Below, one piece after another: positions 42,121-54,209 of a stretch of 64,000 nucleotides of DNA. Position 1 is the stretch's first letter; the number at the start of each line of letters is the position of its first letter. The position numbers were made by a program, and so were the translations under genes. A model generated the notes under the pieces. The model did no database searches. It saw only the letters and a program-made list of their open reading frames with translations, and had not been told where the DNA came from. Origin of the DNA: Cyanidioschyzon merolae (lineage: Eukaryota); NCBI GenBank assembly GCA_000091205.1, contig AP006498.2; one strand, given 5' to 3'.

Positions 42121-43218
42121 ATGCGGTATTCGCGAAGAGAAGCACAACACGCAGGCTCGTGGTACCAGAGTGACACCGAAAGGCTTAGCCAGGCGCTGGA
42201 ACAGTGGCTGAGACGTGTTCCATCGCAGCTGACGCCTCTAAGGCCAGCCGATGACGCGATACTGTTTCGGAACCTGTGGGGTAAACGGGACCACTTTCTG
42301 GATGACAGCAATGTCGAAGCATCGCTCTCCTCTGAGCAAAATCCGCAACAAGTTCAGACCCAGACACAAGTTCAAGGCCGCGGAACCCTCGAGATCCTGG
42401 TGGTGCCGCACGCTGGTTACGCTTACTCGGGTGAAACCGCTGCATTCGCCTACGCTCAAGTGGATCCAGCGCGCTTTGATCGTGTGGTGATTATCGGGCC
42501 CTCACACCACGTGTACATGCAGAAGTGCGGCTTATCGGGAGCGGAGCGGTTGGCGACTCCCCTGGGCGACTTGCTGGTAGACACCGCACTGGTCCAATCT
42601 TGGAGTCAGCTCTATCCGGAGCTTTTCGAGATACTGTCCAAGAGTACTGACGAGGACGAGCACTCAATTGAAATGCAGCTACCCTTCTTGGCGAAGGTGT
42701 TTCAGGGACGCTTACAACAGGTTCGCTTTGTGCCGATCATGTGTGGAGCGTTGTCGCCATCCAAGGAGAAGGCATGCGGGCGTTTCTGCGCAGAGCAGGT
42801 GTTGCAGCCCCGGACACTGCTCGTGGTATCTACCGACTTTTGTCACTGGGGTCAACGTTTTGGTTATACACCCGGCTGCAAGGACAAACTTGCTCAAGAA
42901 CGCCAACGCCTTGGTGTAGGCCTCTCCGACTATATTCGTGCGCTCGACTCGATGGGCATGTACTTGATTTCCCTGAAAGATGCCGAGGGCTTCCGCGCTT
43001 ACCTCCAGAAGACTGGCAATACGATCTGCGGCAGACATCCTCTGGCGGTGATGCTCTGGGCAGTGCATTTCGCGGAACCTTCTGCCTGGCGACTTGTGTT
43101 CCTGCGATATGCGCAGTCCTCAGCTTGTGTGGATGCGCACGATAGCTCCGTGAGCTATGTGGCTGGCGCTGGCTACAGGGTTTACGAAGAACCCAGAGAG
43201 ACGAAATCCCTGAGGTAG
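42121..43218 (+). CDS. MEMO1: MEMO1 (mediator of cell motility 1 / AmmeMemoRadiSam system protein B family). The start is at the internal ATG at 42121; the ORF is open upstream to 41863.
   Basis: EAQHAGSWYQSD...LVVPHAGYAYSGETAAFAYAQVDPARFDRVVIIGPSHHVYMQKCGLSG...TPLGDLLVD...TDEDEHSIEMQLPFLAKVF...VRFVPIMCGALSPSKEKACGRF...LLVVSTDFCHWGQRFGYTP...NTICGRHPL...YAQSS is collinear with human MEMO1 (ASHAGSWY...[37 protein letters not shown]...TDEDEHSIEMHLPY...SSDFCHWGQRF...NTICGRHPI...YAQSS). Confidence 0.88.
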   Translation: MRYSRREAQHAGSWYQSDTERLSQALEQWLRRVPSQLTPLRPADDAILFRNLWGKRDHFLDDSNVEASLSSEQNPQQVQTQTQVQGRGTLEILVVPHAGYAYSGETAAFAYAQVDPARFDRVVIIGPSHHVYMQKCGLSGAERLATPLGDLLVDTALVQSWSQLYPELFEILSKSTDEDEHSIEMQLPFLAKVFQGRLQQVRFVPIMCGALSPSKEKACGRFCAEQVLQPRTLLVVSTDFCHWGQRFGYTPGCKDKLAQERQRLGVGLSDYIRALDSMGMYLISLKDAEGFRAYLQKTGNTICGRHPLAVMLWAVHFAEPSAWRLVFLRYAQSSACVDAHDSSVSYVAGAGYRVYEEPRETKSLR

Positions 43219-43806
43219 GGTTACAACGAAAAGCCAAGATGAGCGTCGATGGAAACTGCTTGTTTGGAGCGGCGCAATGAAGGCATGATGCGGATTTTCT
43301 CGTGGCTCGCTTCGTTACCGCCGTTTGAGGTGCCCGGTTTCACTGCATCACTGGTATTTTGTCAGGACGCGCACGCTTACTTTGCTTGCAGTGCTTCGAT
43401 GCGACGAGAGCATGTGTATCCTGCTCACACCGTTGGCATTTATAGTGCCGATCATCCCACAACGAACGAAGTGCTCTACTTGTTGCGGTGTTTGCCCCGC
43501 GGCACTGAGCGTGCCTCGTATTCTTTCTCCGAAGCGCGCATCACGAAACGCTTCCTCTTTGCGTCAGTCTAGAAGCAGATACCTCGATGTAGACGCACGG
43601 AACGCAAAGAAGAGATGCTAGCTCGTAAAAGTAGCAATGCTGTTTACCGAGCTCTAGCGCTCGTTCCAAGCCTCACAGCGCGTACACCTCGCTACTGGCA
43701 GTGAATTCCAGGGCAGGCGGCCACCAAGAGCGAGCCAGTGACCCTATGCCAATTCGGATTCAAGAAAAAGGCGCGCAGACCTCAAACGGCGTACTGCCTG
43801 CGTTGT

Positions 43807-44949
43807 TTAGCGAGAACACAAACGCGTTCGAAAGCGATAGTGCGCAACGAACCATTCGTCACCTCCTTGATAGGACCAGAGTTCTGCACATGCCATGAAG
43901 AAGGTTCGCCAGTAGGCCTCCCATCGGATCGCCTCCCTTTCGCTTCCATAGACTTGCCGAAAGAGTTTTCTAACCGCTTCACGATTGCGGTCCATGTTGC
44001 TCAACCAGTGCTCCGCGGTGTTCGCGTAGTGCATGCCGTTGACACTCCATTTGCGCTCCAGTAACAAGTGCTCTTGGAAACGATACAGCAATCTATCGCT
44101 TGGCATGGTACCGCCTGTAAAGAAATACCGAGCCATCCAGTCCGCTTCACTGGTCGCCTCGAAGTGGTACGGCACAGCACGGTGAACAAAGATATGGATG
44201 AAGAGCTTGCCCTGTCCGTCCGGCTTTAACCAACCCGCGATCTTTGCCAACAGTCTATCGTACTGCTTCATATGCTCAAACATTTCGACGCTCACGATGC
44301 GATCGAAAGCGGCACCCGCCGACACATTGCTGGGGCCGTCCCAGTCGTTGATGTCCGCAGTAAGCACCTGGATTCGCGGGTTCGATTCACCTTTGGTAGT
44401 CCAACCGGCGCTCTCAAGGCGGTTCTCAATAAAAGCCCGTTGTGACTTGGAGTTGCTCACTGCAACGATGCGCATATTCGGATAGCGCTCGGCGAGGTAG
44501 AGACTGAGCGAGCCCCATCCACACCCCAGGTCCATAACATACTGACCATCAGCGAGCTCAGCGCGTTCACATGTGAGCGCCAACATAGCCTCCTCTGCTT
44601 CAGCCAGAGATCCGGTGCCGCGGCACGCAAAGTACCCGCAGGAGTACTTGAGGCGTGGTCCGAGCACGAGTTCAAAGAACGCACTGGGTACCTCGTAGTG
44701 CTGCTCGTTCGCAGCAGTCGTGTGCTCTGCGATGGAACTGCGTCTATGCAAGTCCTCAAGAAACAACTCTTCTTTGTCGGCGATAATCGTTACGAGAGAA
44801 GTTTCAGGCTCCGATCCAGGACGAACGCCTGGGAGTGGACTGTACAGCTCCGCGAGCCGTTCACGGAGGAGTTTGCGTATGCCTGCTCGAATCACCCAGT
44901 CGGGCAGGAGGTTGCGCTCCAGCAACCTTTGCGCCACGCTCAAGAGCAT
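43807..44949 (-). CDS. Cyclopropane-fatty-acyl-phospholipid synthase (CFA synthase)-like SAM-dependent methyltransferase.
   Basis: 380 aa. YVMDLGCGWGSLSLYLAERYPNMRIVAVSNSKSQ (SAM motif I), FDRIVSVEMFEHM, LKPDGQGKLFIHIF and the length all match the Cfa/mycolic-acid cyclopropane synthase family. Confidence 0.78.
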   Translation of the reverse strand: MLLSVAQRLLERNLLPDWVIRAGIRKLLRERLAELYSPLPGVRPGSEPETSLVTIIADKEELFLEDLHRRSSIAEHTTAANEQHYEVPSAFFELVLGPRLKYSCGYFACRGTGSLAEAEEAMLALTCERAELADGQYVMDLGCGWGSLSLYLAERYPNMRIVAVSNSKSQRAFIENRLESAGWTTKGESNPRIQVLTADINDWDGPSNVSAGAAFDRIVSVEMFEHMKQYDRLLAKIAGWLKPDGQGKLFIHIFVHRAVPYHFEATSEADWMARYFFTGGTMPSDRLLYRFQEHLLLERKWSVNGMHYANTAEHWLSNMDRNREAVRKLFRQVYGSEREAIRWEAYWRTFFMACAELWSYQGGDEWFVAHYRFRTRLCSR

Positions 44950-45129
44950 TGTTGGAGTCAGTCCAGCTCTTGATACGAACGTGAAACAAAGTGAACGACT
45001 TGCAAGGAGTGCCTCCTGTTTGAACGCGGATAACAGCGTAACAAATAGTTATGAAGCGCTTTGGATCGTCGCACGGGGTATTGACGCGCAGCCTTTTGTG
45101 ATTTATTGTGCTGGATAGAAAACGTACAT

Positions 45130-45748
45130 TGACCATTCATCGTTGATTCCGTGATTAGATATTGGCATTCGGTGAACGCATCCATCATGGTGCACGCTAC
45201 CTTCAAGTTCCATGACTTGTACTTTTTATCGGATGTACTGGTTATTTCGTACGTTCTATTGTGCACCGAGGCTGCCTTGATGGTCAGCAAAAGTGCCTGT
45301 ACCGATGATTCGAATGCTGCGCAGAGACTGCGAGGCATTGCCATATGACTGAGGACGTCAGCTGGAGGTATCGTTCACCCGACACGGCATCGGGATTCAT
45401 GATCATTCTGGAAGCTGGAAAGCCGTGCAGAAAGGCCTGCTGCCTACTGCCTGCGGCAGCGCGAAGCGGTATGCTCGGAGACGATCGGGTCTCGGGCGAT
45501 GTCTAGATGCATCCTGTTCGCTGCTCTTCTCAGCGTAATCTTCGTTGCAGACGTTCTGCTCAGATCTCTCTTCAGCACCCGACACTATAGATGCCTACAA
45601 AGTACAATCACCGTTGACTCGTCCGTCTCTAGGGCGCTTCCGCTTTGGCGATAAACTTTCGTAAATACGGAGAACGTTTCCCTGTTAAAATGGCTACCGT
45701 AGATTGCCAGAGGGATTCTCTTATCTGGTTGCTCGTTGGTGGTTCGAT
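45130..45748. repeat. Left arm of a near-identical (>99%) inverted repeat of about 616-620 bp.
   Basis: Reverse complement of 46624..47258. Compared windows (45130..45200 vs 47190..47258; 45700..45748 vs 46624..46700) differ by a single base. The ORF pairs 45585..45878(-)/46612..46803(+), 45403..45585(-)/46803..46985(+) and 44958..45344(-)/47044..(+) encode identical peptides. Confidence 0.9.
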
Positions 45749-46623
45749 TCCGTTCTCTTTTGAATTTATTATGTAAGGAAAACGCCCGCTCATCTCCGAG
45801 TTCTACCGCTCTCCATGATAGAATGCTCTGCAGCTGAGACGCTTCTATATGTTGTCGAAAACACGTGGTGTCTCGCATTCATTTACGACAATGCAAGACG
45901 GCAGCAACCGTTGCAGAAATCGCCAAACAAGCATATCTCTCTGCTGGAAGGAATGAGTCCGATTCCTCGTTCGCTGCACGAGTTCAGGCTCAGATCGCAT
46001 CTCACTTGAAAGACAGCACGGGACTGTGACAGCCACTCGTGAAATGCCTGCACAGCAGTGCAGTGTTGTGCCATGATTTTTCTGATAGGCCAGGATGTCC
46101 ATAGGTACTCGTCACAGCGTGGATGTTCTCTTCTGGTTTGCCTGATGCATGAGCCCGACACAAGGATGCACAGACGGAGCGCGCTCGGCCGAAGCAGCGA
46201 ACCTCTGATTGACCCGAAAAGAAGCTAGCAAGACATGCGATTACATGCACACAGTCGCATTTTTGTGCATGTTCTTCGAGGCGCTCAGCGCAAGTCGCGG
46301 GCAGGGAGATGTTCGCACTCTTGAAAGTCGGGCCCGTACATGGTGAGGTTTTTGGTCGTGCCCTGGCGGCCCGCACTTGAAAGGCATCTCTCGGATGGGC
46401 GATTAAGTCTCGCATGAGCGCCGGTGCCGAAACGATCAGGTTTTCGTCTGCGGGTCCCATCGCTAAAGCAAAAAGGAAACTCTCTGGAATTGTATCAATC
46501 TACAATATACTGTTCATTTAAGAATCTATCCAACTTCTGAACACGCCATTGCCGAAACAAATAGGTTCTTCAGCTGGCGAGTGCAGTGCGTAGAAGCGAA
46601 TCCGGTCAACAATGAATGCGGAA

Positions 46624-47258
46624 CGCATAGAAGAACGGAATCGAACCACCAACGAGCAACCAGATAAGAGAATCCCTCTGGCAATCTACGGTAGCCATTT
46701 TAACAGGGAAACGTTCTCCGTATTTACGAAAGTTTATCGCCAAAGCGGAAGCGCCCTAGAGACGGACGAGTCAACGGTGATTGTACTTCGTAGGCATCTA
46801 TAGTGCCGGGTGCTGAAGAGAGATCTGAGCAGAACGTCTGCAACGAAGATTACGCTGAGAAGAGCAGCGAACAGGATGCATCTAGACATCGCCCGAGACC
46901 CGATCGTCTCCGAGCATACCGCTTCGCGTTGCCGCAGGCAGTAGGCAGCAGGCCTTTCTGCACGGCTTTCCAGCTTCCAGAATGATCATGAATCCCGATG
47001 CCGTGTCGGGTGAACGATACCTCCAGCTGACGTCCTCAGTCATATGGCAATGCCTCGCAGTCTCTGCGCAGCATTCGAATCATCGGTACAGGCACTTTTG
47101 CTGACCATCAAGGCAGCCTCGGTGCACAATAGAACGTACGAAATAACCAGTACATCCGATAAAAAGTACAAGTCATGGAACTTGAAGGTAGCGTGCACCA
47201 TGATGGATGCGTTCACCGAATGCCAATATCTAATCACGGAATCAACGATGAATGGCCA
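46624..47258. repeat. Right arm of the same inverted repeat. The arms are separated by an ~870-bp unique spacer (45749..46623).
   Basis: See the left arm. Arm identity breaks at 45748/46624 on the inner side and 45130/47258 on the outer side. Confidence 0.9.
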
Positions 47259-47927
47259 ATCTATACGCTTTGTCAAACAAAAAACAATAGAAATGAATCC
47301 GCTTACAGCGAGGATCCAGCGCAGACGCGTCGCCCTACCGCCATCATATTCCACAATTGTGTATCATTGTCCAAGATACCGAGCAGCCGGAACAGAGGCC
47401 TCCTCCCGAGCCTTTCGCACCGCCTTGGCGCGACGGCTTTTTGAAGACCAGTATTCCAGCCGCAGCACCTGCTGCGTTTGCCCAGAGAGCAGCAGCCGTT
47501 CCGTGTGTGTGCCCTTTCTGGTTTCGAACGCTGTATTGAAGCACATTTTACGCACTCCACAGGGAAACAAGTGTCAAAAGCGCGTGTTGCACTATCAAGT
47601 ACGGTTCGTTGCCTGCGACGCAACGCTAGGTACAACGCTGCGCCTTTGCTCCGTGGCGCAGTGTGCAGCCTGCGAGCCTGTGCGCCTTGTGCACAGTCTG
47701 TGCACTCGTTTCGAGACTATCCAAGCGCGTGCTCAGCTGAGCGTAGAAGGAAGAATAAGTTTTCGTGGCATAGGTAGCGCATTTCAAAGGTTTGGCGCGG
47801 AACCGAAAGACGCACGGGGCAATCGCCGCCTCTGCTGGCCGGAAAACCGTCATGAAAAGCAGGTTGTGCTGCGGGAACGGCGAATCAGAAATAAGTTGGG
47901 TTCCACTTCGAGCTCCGTGGTGCGAAT

Positions 47928-49857
47928 ATGTCGCGTCCCAGATACCTCACGAGCGAGGAGCCAAGCCCGCATGCATCGCCAGTGCAGCCGGCTAGGGTAC
48001 GAAAGGCGCAGTTATCGTCGCCGCTTTGGGAGCACGCGTGCCCGCAGGCATTGCCCGAAGAGTCGATGCTGTCTCTTGGCCAAAAGCGAGCTCTTGGGGA
48101 TCGACACGCTTACCATCGAGCTTTTGACGATGCTTGGCAGCGTCCCGGTCCCCGAGAGCGATCGACTTCAGAGCCGCTGCTCATGGGAGTCGACGCCTTT
48201 GTCTCGGGCGACTTGAAATTCAGCACTGCTGCGGAGGTTCCGCTGGACAGGTCTGCCGCCCATTGGAACCCGGACTCGACACCACTCCCGGGTCGATCGT
48301 TTGATGGGGCGTGCCTCCAGCAGACGGACTTTTCCAACTGGTACGCTGATGAGCCGAACTCATCCCTGATGATTCACGATGAATGCTTTGACACATCCGC
48401 AATCGATGGAGAAACGTATTCGGACTCGACATCGGGCGGGGTAGACGTGCGTCCGGAGCGGCCACCTTTCGCTTCTCCGCTGAGCGAAACCGACGATACG
48501 ACGGAGGATAGGCCGCTGGTACACCCAATTAGGGAGTCGACGAGCGCTTGCCTGTGCCAGTATCGCATAGAATTCATGTGTGAGGCGTGCGTCTCTCGCG
48601 CTGGGAATGCGGACGGGGTAGTATCCGCCAGCCCGAGTGATTCCGAAAACGACCACTGCAGATTGCCAGAGCAATGCCCAATAGAACGGCCTGATGCCTG
48701 CTGTGGTCTCGGAACAACTGAAGCAGCAGGCAGCAGTAATGATCAAACACAGGTATCGACTGCGCAGCATGCGTCGGGCAATGCAGAGCGCTCCTCATCT
48801 GACACTCAACACGAGCGGCGATGTGAGGTATGCACATCATGCACCATGCAACGAGCGAGTCAGTGTGCGCACCATGCACAGTCAAGCGTCGTATGCCCTC
48901 TTTCCACTGGGGAACGTAGTTCACGGGATTCCGGGCTCAGTTCACTAAGGAATGTTCCCGCAGCGTCCGGCGATGCGCCTCCTCTTCGGAGCAGTGTCGC
49001 GGATGCAAGTGCGTACGACGCACGTCCGGAGGATCGAGATGCAGCTTGCATGGCGCTGCTTCCAGGTTATGGAGGCACGAACTCCGCGGCACAAGAACAA
49101 ACCCGAAACGGATTTCCACTAGATAGGCATCTGGACTGCACTGCAGCGGAGACGCTGGTTGGCTCTGGGCGGCGTCGTAGTCTTGCTGCGGCAAACGCGT
49201 TCCGATCCCTGCTTCAAGGTCGGCAGCTGCCCAGCCGAACAACGCAGCGATGCAGCGCGGCACATGAGCCGTCCGATCTCATGGACACCGAGTCGGGTTG
49301 TGATGACTCGACATCCAACGCATCGTCACCGCCATCGTCGTCGATAGTCGCGAGAGGCAGCATGTTCTCATCAGACGCGAGTACCTTTCCTGCGGATGAT
49401 GGTGCGAAACGCTCGCATCATTTGCCTTCAGCGAACTCGCCACCCGGCTCGTGTTCATCGAGTGACTCCATTGGGGCGCTACGCTCAGCGCCCATGCGAG
49501 ACGCTTCTGCTGAAAGAGCACAGCAGAGCGCCCGGCGACAACGGGAGCCGCGTGGACCTCCAGATGAGCAAGCAGCAGGTGCATTGGTGACTTGTGCACA
49601 CCTGTCGCAAATCGACACAACGCAGGCCTGGTCGGCGCCAATCGGCGAGTCCGGATGCGCCCTAGTCAAGTCAGCGACGCCGTTGTGTACGCACGACCTT
49701 GCGCCGGTAGACGGCGCTTGTGGTGTCGATGCTGCACACGAGAAACCAGCGCCTCTGCTGCACCTTGTTGACTCGAAGCAAACTGCAGCGTACTCGAGCG
49801 GTGCCTGGGATTCATCTGCTTCCTATGATGTGAGCAAAGACGACGACAACGACGACG

Positions 49858-49888
<31 letters not shown>

Positions 49889-52406
49889 AATGCGCTGGAC
49901 GCTGGAGCACCATCAGCGGATGCAGCAAACGGCGCTGTCGCCTTCTGCGGCCGTTCTGGACCACACCACGTCCATTGAGCTGCGTCTTGCGTTGGAGCAG
50001 GACGTTCCAGTCTCCGGACGGGCGCAGGTCAACAACGCAGATCGCGGTGATGCACCAGTATCCAGGTGTGGGCTACGCGGTGTCGGCGCTTGGCACGCTG
50101 TGGACACGACCGCCTGCAAAGCAACCTTTCCAAGTGTCCACGAACCTGCTTTTCCGCGTACAGATCAACCCTCAGACTCGGAGGATGCGTCGGGTCCACG
50201 TTCGCTCAAATGGTGCCGTACCACCACCATTGCGGATCCCGGTGATGGGAGTGGTTTGCGAGCGGACTCGCGCAGCGCCTCGAATGCGCCTACGCTACTA
50301 GTTGAAGGTGACACGAGCCACGTGACTGCCGGCTCGGGCAAAGTACCCTGTTCGGCTGCAGTCGCTCCAGGAATCGCGGACTGCTTGGCACCGACAAAGT
50401 CCTCGGAGACGCTCCCAGAGCATCGCCGAGATCGCAAGCATGCGCTACGAAAAGGCCAAAGCGTCTGGAGGCGGACCAGGTCTGCAGTAGCTCGTTCGTT
50501 CGAACACGCCGTTCAGAGTGTGCAAAGAGCAGCAAAACGCGCTTCGGGCCCCGGCGCTTGTACCCATCCGAGCGGAGCAAGACCCCAGGCCGCGGATCGG
50601 TGCCCAGAGAGCGTCTCCGTCGCCAGCAACACGGCCGTGAAACAGACTGCGCAGGGGTTTACGGATCTGTCGCTGGAACAGTCTTTGTATGATCGCTTGG
50701 CAGCGGACTTGGAGCGGACCATCGAACGGCTCAAGGCTCCTGTGGTGGCAAATGCGGTAGCTGCGGATCGACCGCTAGCCAAGGCCCCAAAACAGCATGC
50801 ACACCATTTTGGTTTGCACATGTTCGAGCAACTTCGCGGACACTCGTTCGCTTGCCGACGACGAAAAGCCGCGACACGTCCTGGTCCCAGCGAGACTGCT
50901 GCAGATGCTGGGGCTGCAAGCGCATGCCTGCCGGCCGCAGATGCCACGGACTTGTTTCGAGCAGCGGACTGGGACAACGACGCTGTGCCAGCAGCAGCAG
51001 CAGCAGCATCACAGACGGAAGCCTTATTCGCGGTAGCAACGTGTGCGGATGGATTCGCGGTATCCTTCAGGGCACTTGACAGGCGCCTGGAGCGCGAGGG
51101 CCTAGCCGCAGGCGCAACCTCGGATGCAGCGCGACTACCATGCAACTGGGTCAAGAATCGCTACGCTGATATTCTCCCTTTCGATCGGACGCGGGTTCGC
51201 TTGCTGGAGGTGCAGTCCGCGGCCGCTGGTGGGCCGCCCTGGCTCCCCGCCACCGACTACATCAACGCCAGCTGGATACGGGGAGCGATCCCCGAGAGTC
51301 GGCGCTTCGCCTACATCGCAACGCAGGCACCGCGTGCCAACCATGAAAGCGAACGAGACTTTTGGCACATGATCGCCGAACAACGAGTGCCCTGTATCGT
51401 GATGCTTACGCGCACCATGGAACAGGGGCGAGAGAAATGCGCTCCATACATGCGAACCGGGGTATTCGGGGCCTATCAGCTGCGAATCGTTCGGGAGTAC
51501 CACTGGCGTGTGGAGGGCGCGTGCTCAGCCTGGTGCCTGCAACCGCCGTGTGCTTCAGTGCAAAGCGATGCGAACGCTGCGGTATTGGCGGCTATACGCG
51601 ACGCGGAAACGACGACACCGTTGATTGTTCGCGTGATAGAGCTTCAACGCGTGCGACCGCTCAACCAGAAGCGGGATGCAGCTAGCACCCAGAGCACCGT
51701 CTCGCTGCCGCTGGAGCGCATCGGGGATCGATGGCGACTCGTCCAGCTGCAGTATACGGCGTGGCCGGATCACGGGGTCCCGCAGTCGGTGGTGCCGCTC
51801 CTGCAGCTCGTCGATCTCGTGAACGATGCCCGGACGCTCTACGGAGCTAGCCAGGCGGCCATGTTGGATCGACTCCGTGGCAACCTCGACGCCAGAGAGC
51901 GTTTGTTAACGGTTAGCTTGCAGGAGCGGGGCACAGCGATGGGGCCGTGTTCGCAAGCAGCAGCGGCAGCAGCTGGTGCTGGTGCTGGACCAGTCGGAGA
52001 CTCAGCGCCGCTGGTACGCTCGGCCAGCCGGACTCGATACGGCCCTGTCGTGGTACACTGCAGTGCAGGTATTGGCCGCACGGGTACATGGATCGCGCTC
52101 CATTTGCTTCTGGAGAAACTGAAACACGGTGATGGGCCGGCACCCGGCGAAACCTTCGCTGACTTTACAGCCCAGACGGTGCTGCAGTTGCGTGCACAGC
52201 GCATGGGTATGGTTCAGACCGCAGCCCAGTATCGTCTGCTGCACGAAGCGTGCTTGCTGGGCTTGCGGCGTGACTCGCAGCCGTTGATCAAACTGCCACC
52301 GGATGAGGACTTGTTTGCGGAGGCATCGACGAGGTCTCAGATGACTGCAGCAGATCGGGCGGGCGCGTTCCCTGCTCCGCAACATGACGACAGTGTCAGT
52401 CGCTGA
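47928..52406 (+). CDS. Large protein with a C-terminal classical protein tyrosine phosphatase (PTP) domain and an ~1100-aa low-complexity N-terminal region.
   Basis: PTP motifs in order: NRYADILPFDRTRVRL (NRYxDIxPxDxxRV), WPDHGVP (WPD loop), VVHCSAGIGRTGTWIAL (the HCx5R active site), and QTAAQYRLL (Q loop). The N-terminal 1100 aa are S/A-rich with poly-Ala. Confidence 0.8.
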
Positions 52407-52515
52407 ACGGATGCTTTGCGTATAAAACATGGAGCGTTCAGGTGAGGAAACATAGAGACTTGTACGTTTACGGGTTGCCAGCTGCAGATCACGGGTACAC
52501 GCTCTTCGAGCAAAC

Positions 52516-53073
52516 TCAACGACGCCGTGGGTCATACTCACCAACAAAATCATCCCCGTCATCCTGCTTCGAAGACCAGCTAATGAAGAGTACCAGCATC
52601 GTGATGAAGACACCGAGCAGCACGATGAGCAGACGTGAGTCGTCGATTCCAAGCGGCTCACCGGTGCCGTCGGTGGCCCAGGCGGCAGACCCCAGGGTCA
52701 TCCATGAGGTTAGCGTGGTCACAGCGCTAACGGGCACTGCCTGCCAGCCTGCCGGCAGCCGTGCGCGCTCTTGTTTCGTACTATGCAGCGCACACTGAAG
52801 ACGCGCGGGAACTCGCCTTGCCGCCACAGCAAGCTTAAGCGTTGTGCCGCTGGTGCTAGTGCCCGCTGAAACCGGTCCCCGAACGAGACCCAGCGGAGAA
52901 ACGAAAGCACAGTTGACCATGGATAGTATATAGCGAAAAACTCGAGAAGGGCTTGTTCTTGTAACTGGACTAGGTGTGCTTAGGCACGTTCCAAAGGCAA
53001 GCACACGAGCAACACGTGCTCCGTGTTGAAACTGTACCGATGCGTGCTCTCCGACGATCGCCGCCGAGCTCAC
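52516..53073 (-). CDS. Hypothetical protein with a single C-terminal transmembrane helix (tail-anchored topology).
   Basis: 185-aa ORF. The hydrophobic stretch LLIVLLGVFITMLVLFISW lies near the C-terminus, followed by acidic KQDDGDDFVGEYD. No family was recognised. Confidence 0.3.
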   Translation of the reverse strand: MSSAAIVGEHASVQFQHGARVARVLAFGTCLSTPSPVTRTSPSRVFRYILSMVNCAFVSPLGLVRGPVSAGTSTSGTTLKLAVAARRVPARLQCALHSTKQERARLPAGWQAVPVSAVTTLTSWMTLGSAAWATDGTGEPLGIDDSRLLIVLLGVFITMLVLFISWSSKQDDGDDFVGEYDPRRR

Positions 53074-53213
53074 GATCGAGGCGCAGGAGGCCGCACACTG
53101 GGATGCGTAAAACGCTCAATTACATGTGCCTGCGGATAGCGCGCCCGCTCCTGACGAGATCGCGTTCCGGCGGCGGGCGTCGTCGTCGCGCACCGTTGGA
53201 TGCCACACGCCGT

Positions 53214-54075
53214 GCTATCGGCATGATTATGGGTAATTTTATATACACAATTGGTCTATACGGTCGTGCGTAGCAGAAGACATCCAGGGTCGCATCCGAT
53301 GCACAGAAGCGCTATCGGCATGATTATGGGTAATTTTATATACACAATTGGTCTATACGGTCGTGCGTAGCAGAAGACATCCAGGGTCGCATCCGATGCA
53401 CAGAAGCGCTATCGACATGATTATGGGTAATTTTATATACACAATTGGTCTATACGGTCGTGCGTAGCAGAAGACATCCAGGGTCGCATCCGATGCACAG
53501 AAGCGCTATCGGCATGATTATGGGTAATTTTATATACACAATTGGTCTATACGGTCGTGCGTAGCAGAAGACATCCAGGGTCGCATCCGATGCACAGAAG
53601 CGCTATCGGCATGATTATGGGTAATTTTATATACATAATTGGTCTATACGGTCGTGCGTAGCAGAAGACATCCAGGGTCGCATCCGATGCACAGAAGCGC
53701 TATCGGCATGATTATGGGTAATTTTATATACATAATTGGTCTATACGGTCGTGCGTAGCAGAAGACATCCAGGGTCGCATCCGATGCACAGAAGCGCTAT
53801 CGGCATGATTATGGGTAATTTTATATACATAATTGGTCTATACGGTCGTGCGTAGCAGAAGACATCCAGGGTCGCATCCGATGCACAGAAGCGCTATCGA
53901 CATGATTATGGGTAATTTTATATACATAATTGGTCTATACGGTCGTGTGTAGCAGATGGCATCCAGGGTCGCATCCGATGCACAGAAGCGCTATCGACAT
54001 GATTATAGGTAATTTTATATACATAATTGGTCTATACGGTCGTGCGTAGCAGAAGACATCCAGGGTCGCAGCGTC
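53214..54075. repeat. 97-bp tandem minisatellite, about 8.9 units, directly upstream of the histidine-kinase ORF.
   Basis: Unit gctatcggcatgattatgggtaattttatatacacaattggtctatacggtcgtgcgtagcagaagacatccagggtcgcatccgatgcacagaagc. Unit starts are at 53214, 53311, 53408, 53505, 53602, 53699, 53796, 53893 and 53990, an exact 97-bp period. Units differ only by cac/cat and ggca/gaca variants. Each unit carries TTTTATATACA and the palindrome GCATCCGATGC. Confidence 0.92.
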
Positions 54076-54209
54076 CACCAGGTAGGAACGCCAGCCAGAC
54101 GCCACTCACATCGCTGCGACGCTAGAGCGCCCGTGGGATCTGCAAAGAAAAACCCTGTCGTGGCGCTTGGTATGCGTACTGGGATCAACGCCCACGTAGA
54201 TAAAGCCTG

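Noticed and set aside
45700-45760. tRNA-like T-loop motif GGTTCGATTCC inside each arm of the inverted repeat (reverse complement GGAATCGAACC at 46627)
   Set aside because: No acceptor, D or anticodon stems can be folded around it. It is an isolated 11-mer.
44958-47400. Identical short ORFs on opposite strands (for example 45585..45878 minus and 46612..46803 plus; 45403..45585 and 46803..46985) as a duplicated gene pair
   Set aside because: They are simply the two arms of one inverted repeat read on opposite strands. None has recognisable protein features.
53214-54075. CRISPR-like appearance of evenly spaced identical 97-bp repeats
   Set aside because: The units are contiguous with no unique spacers between them. 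The context is a eukaryotic nuclear genome, so this is a minisatellite, not a CRISPR array.
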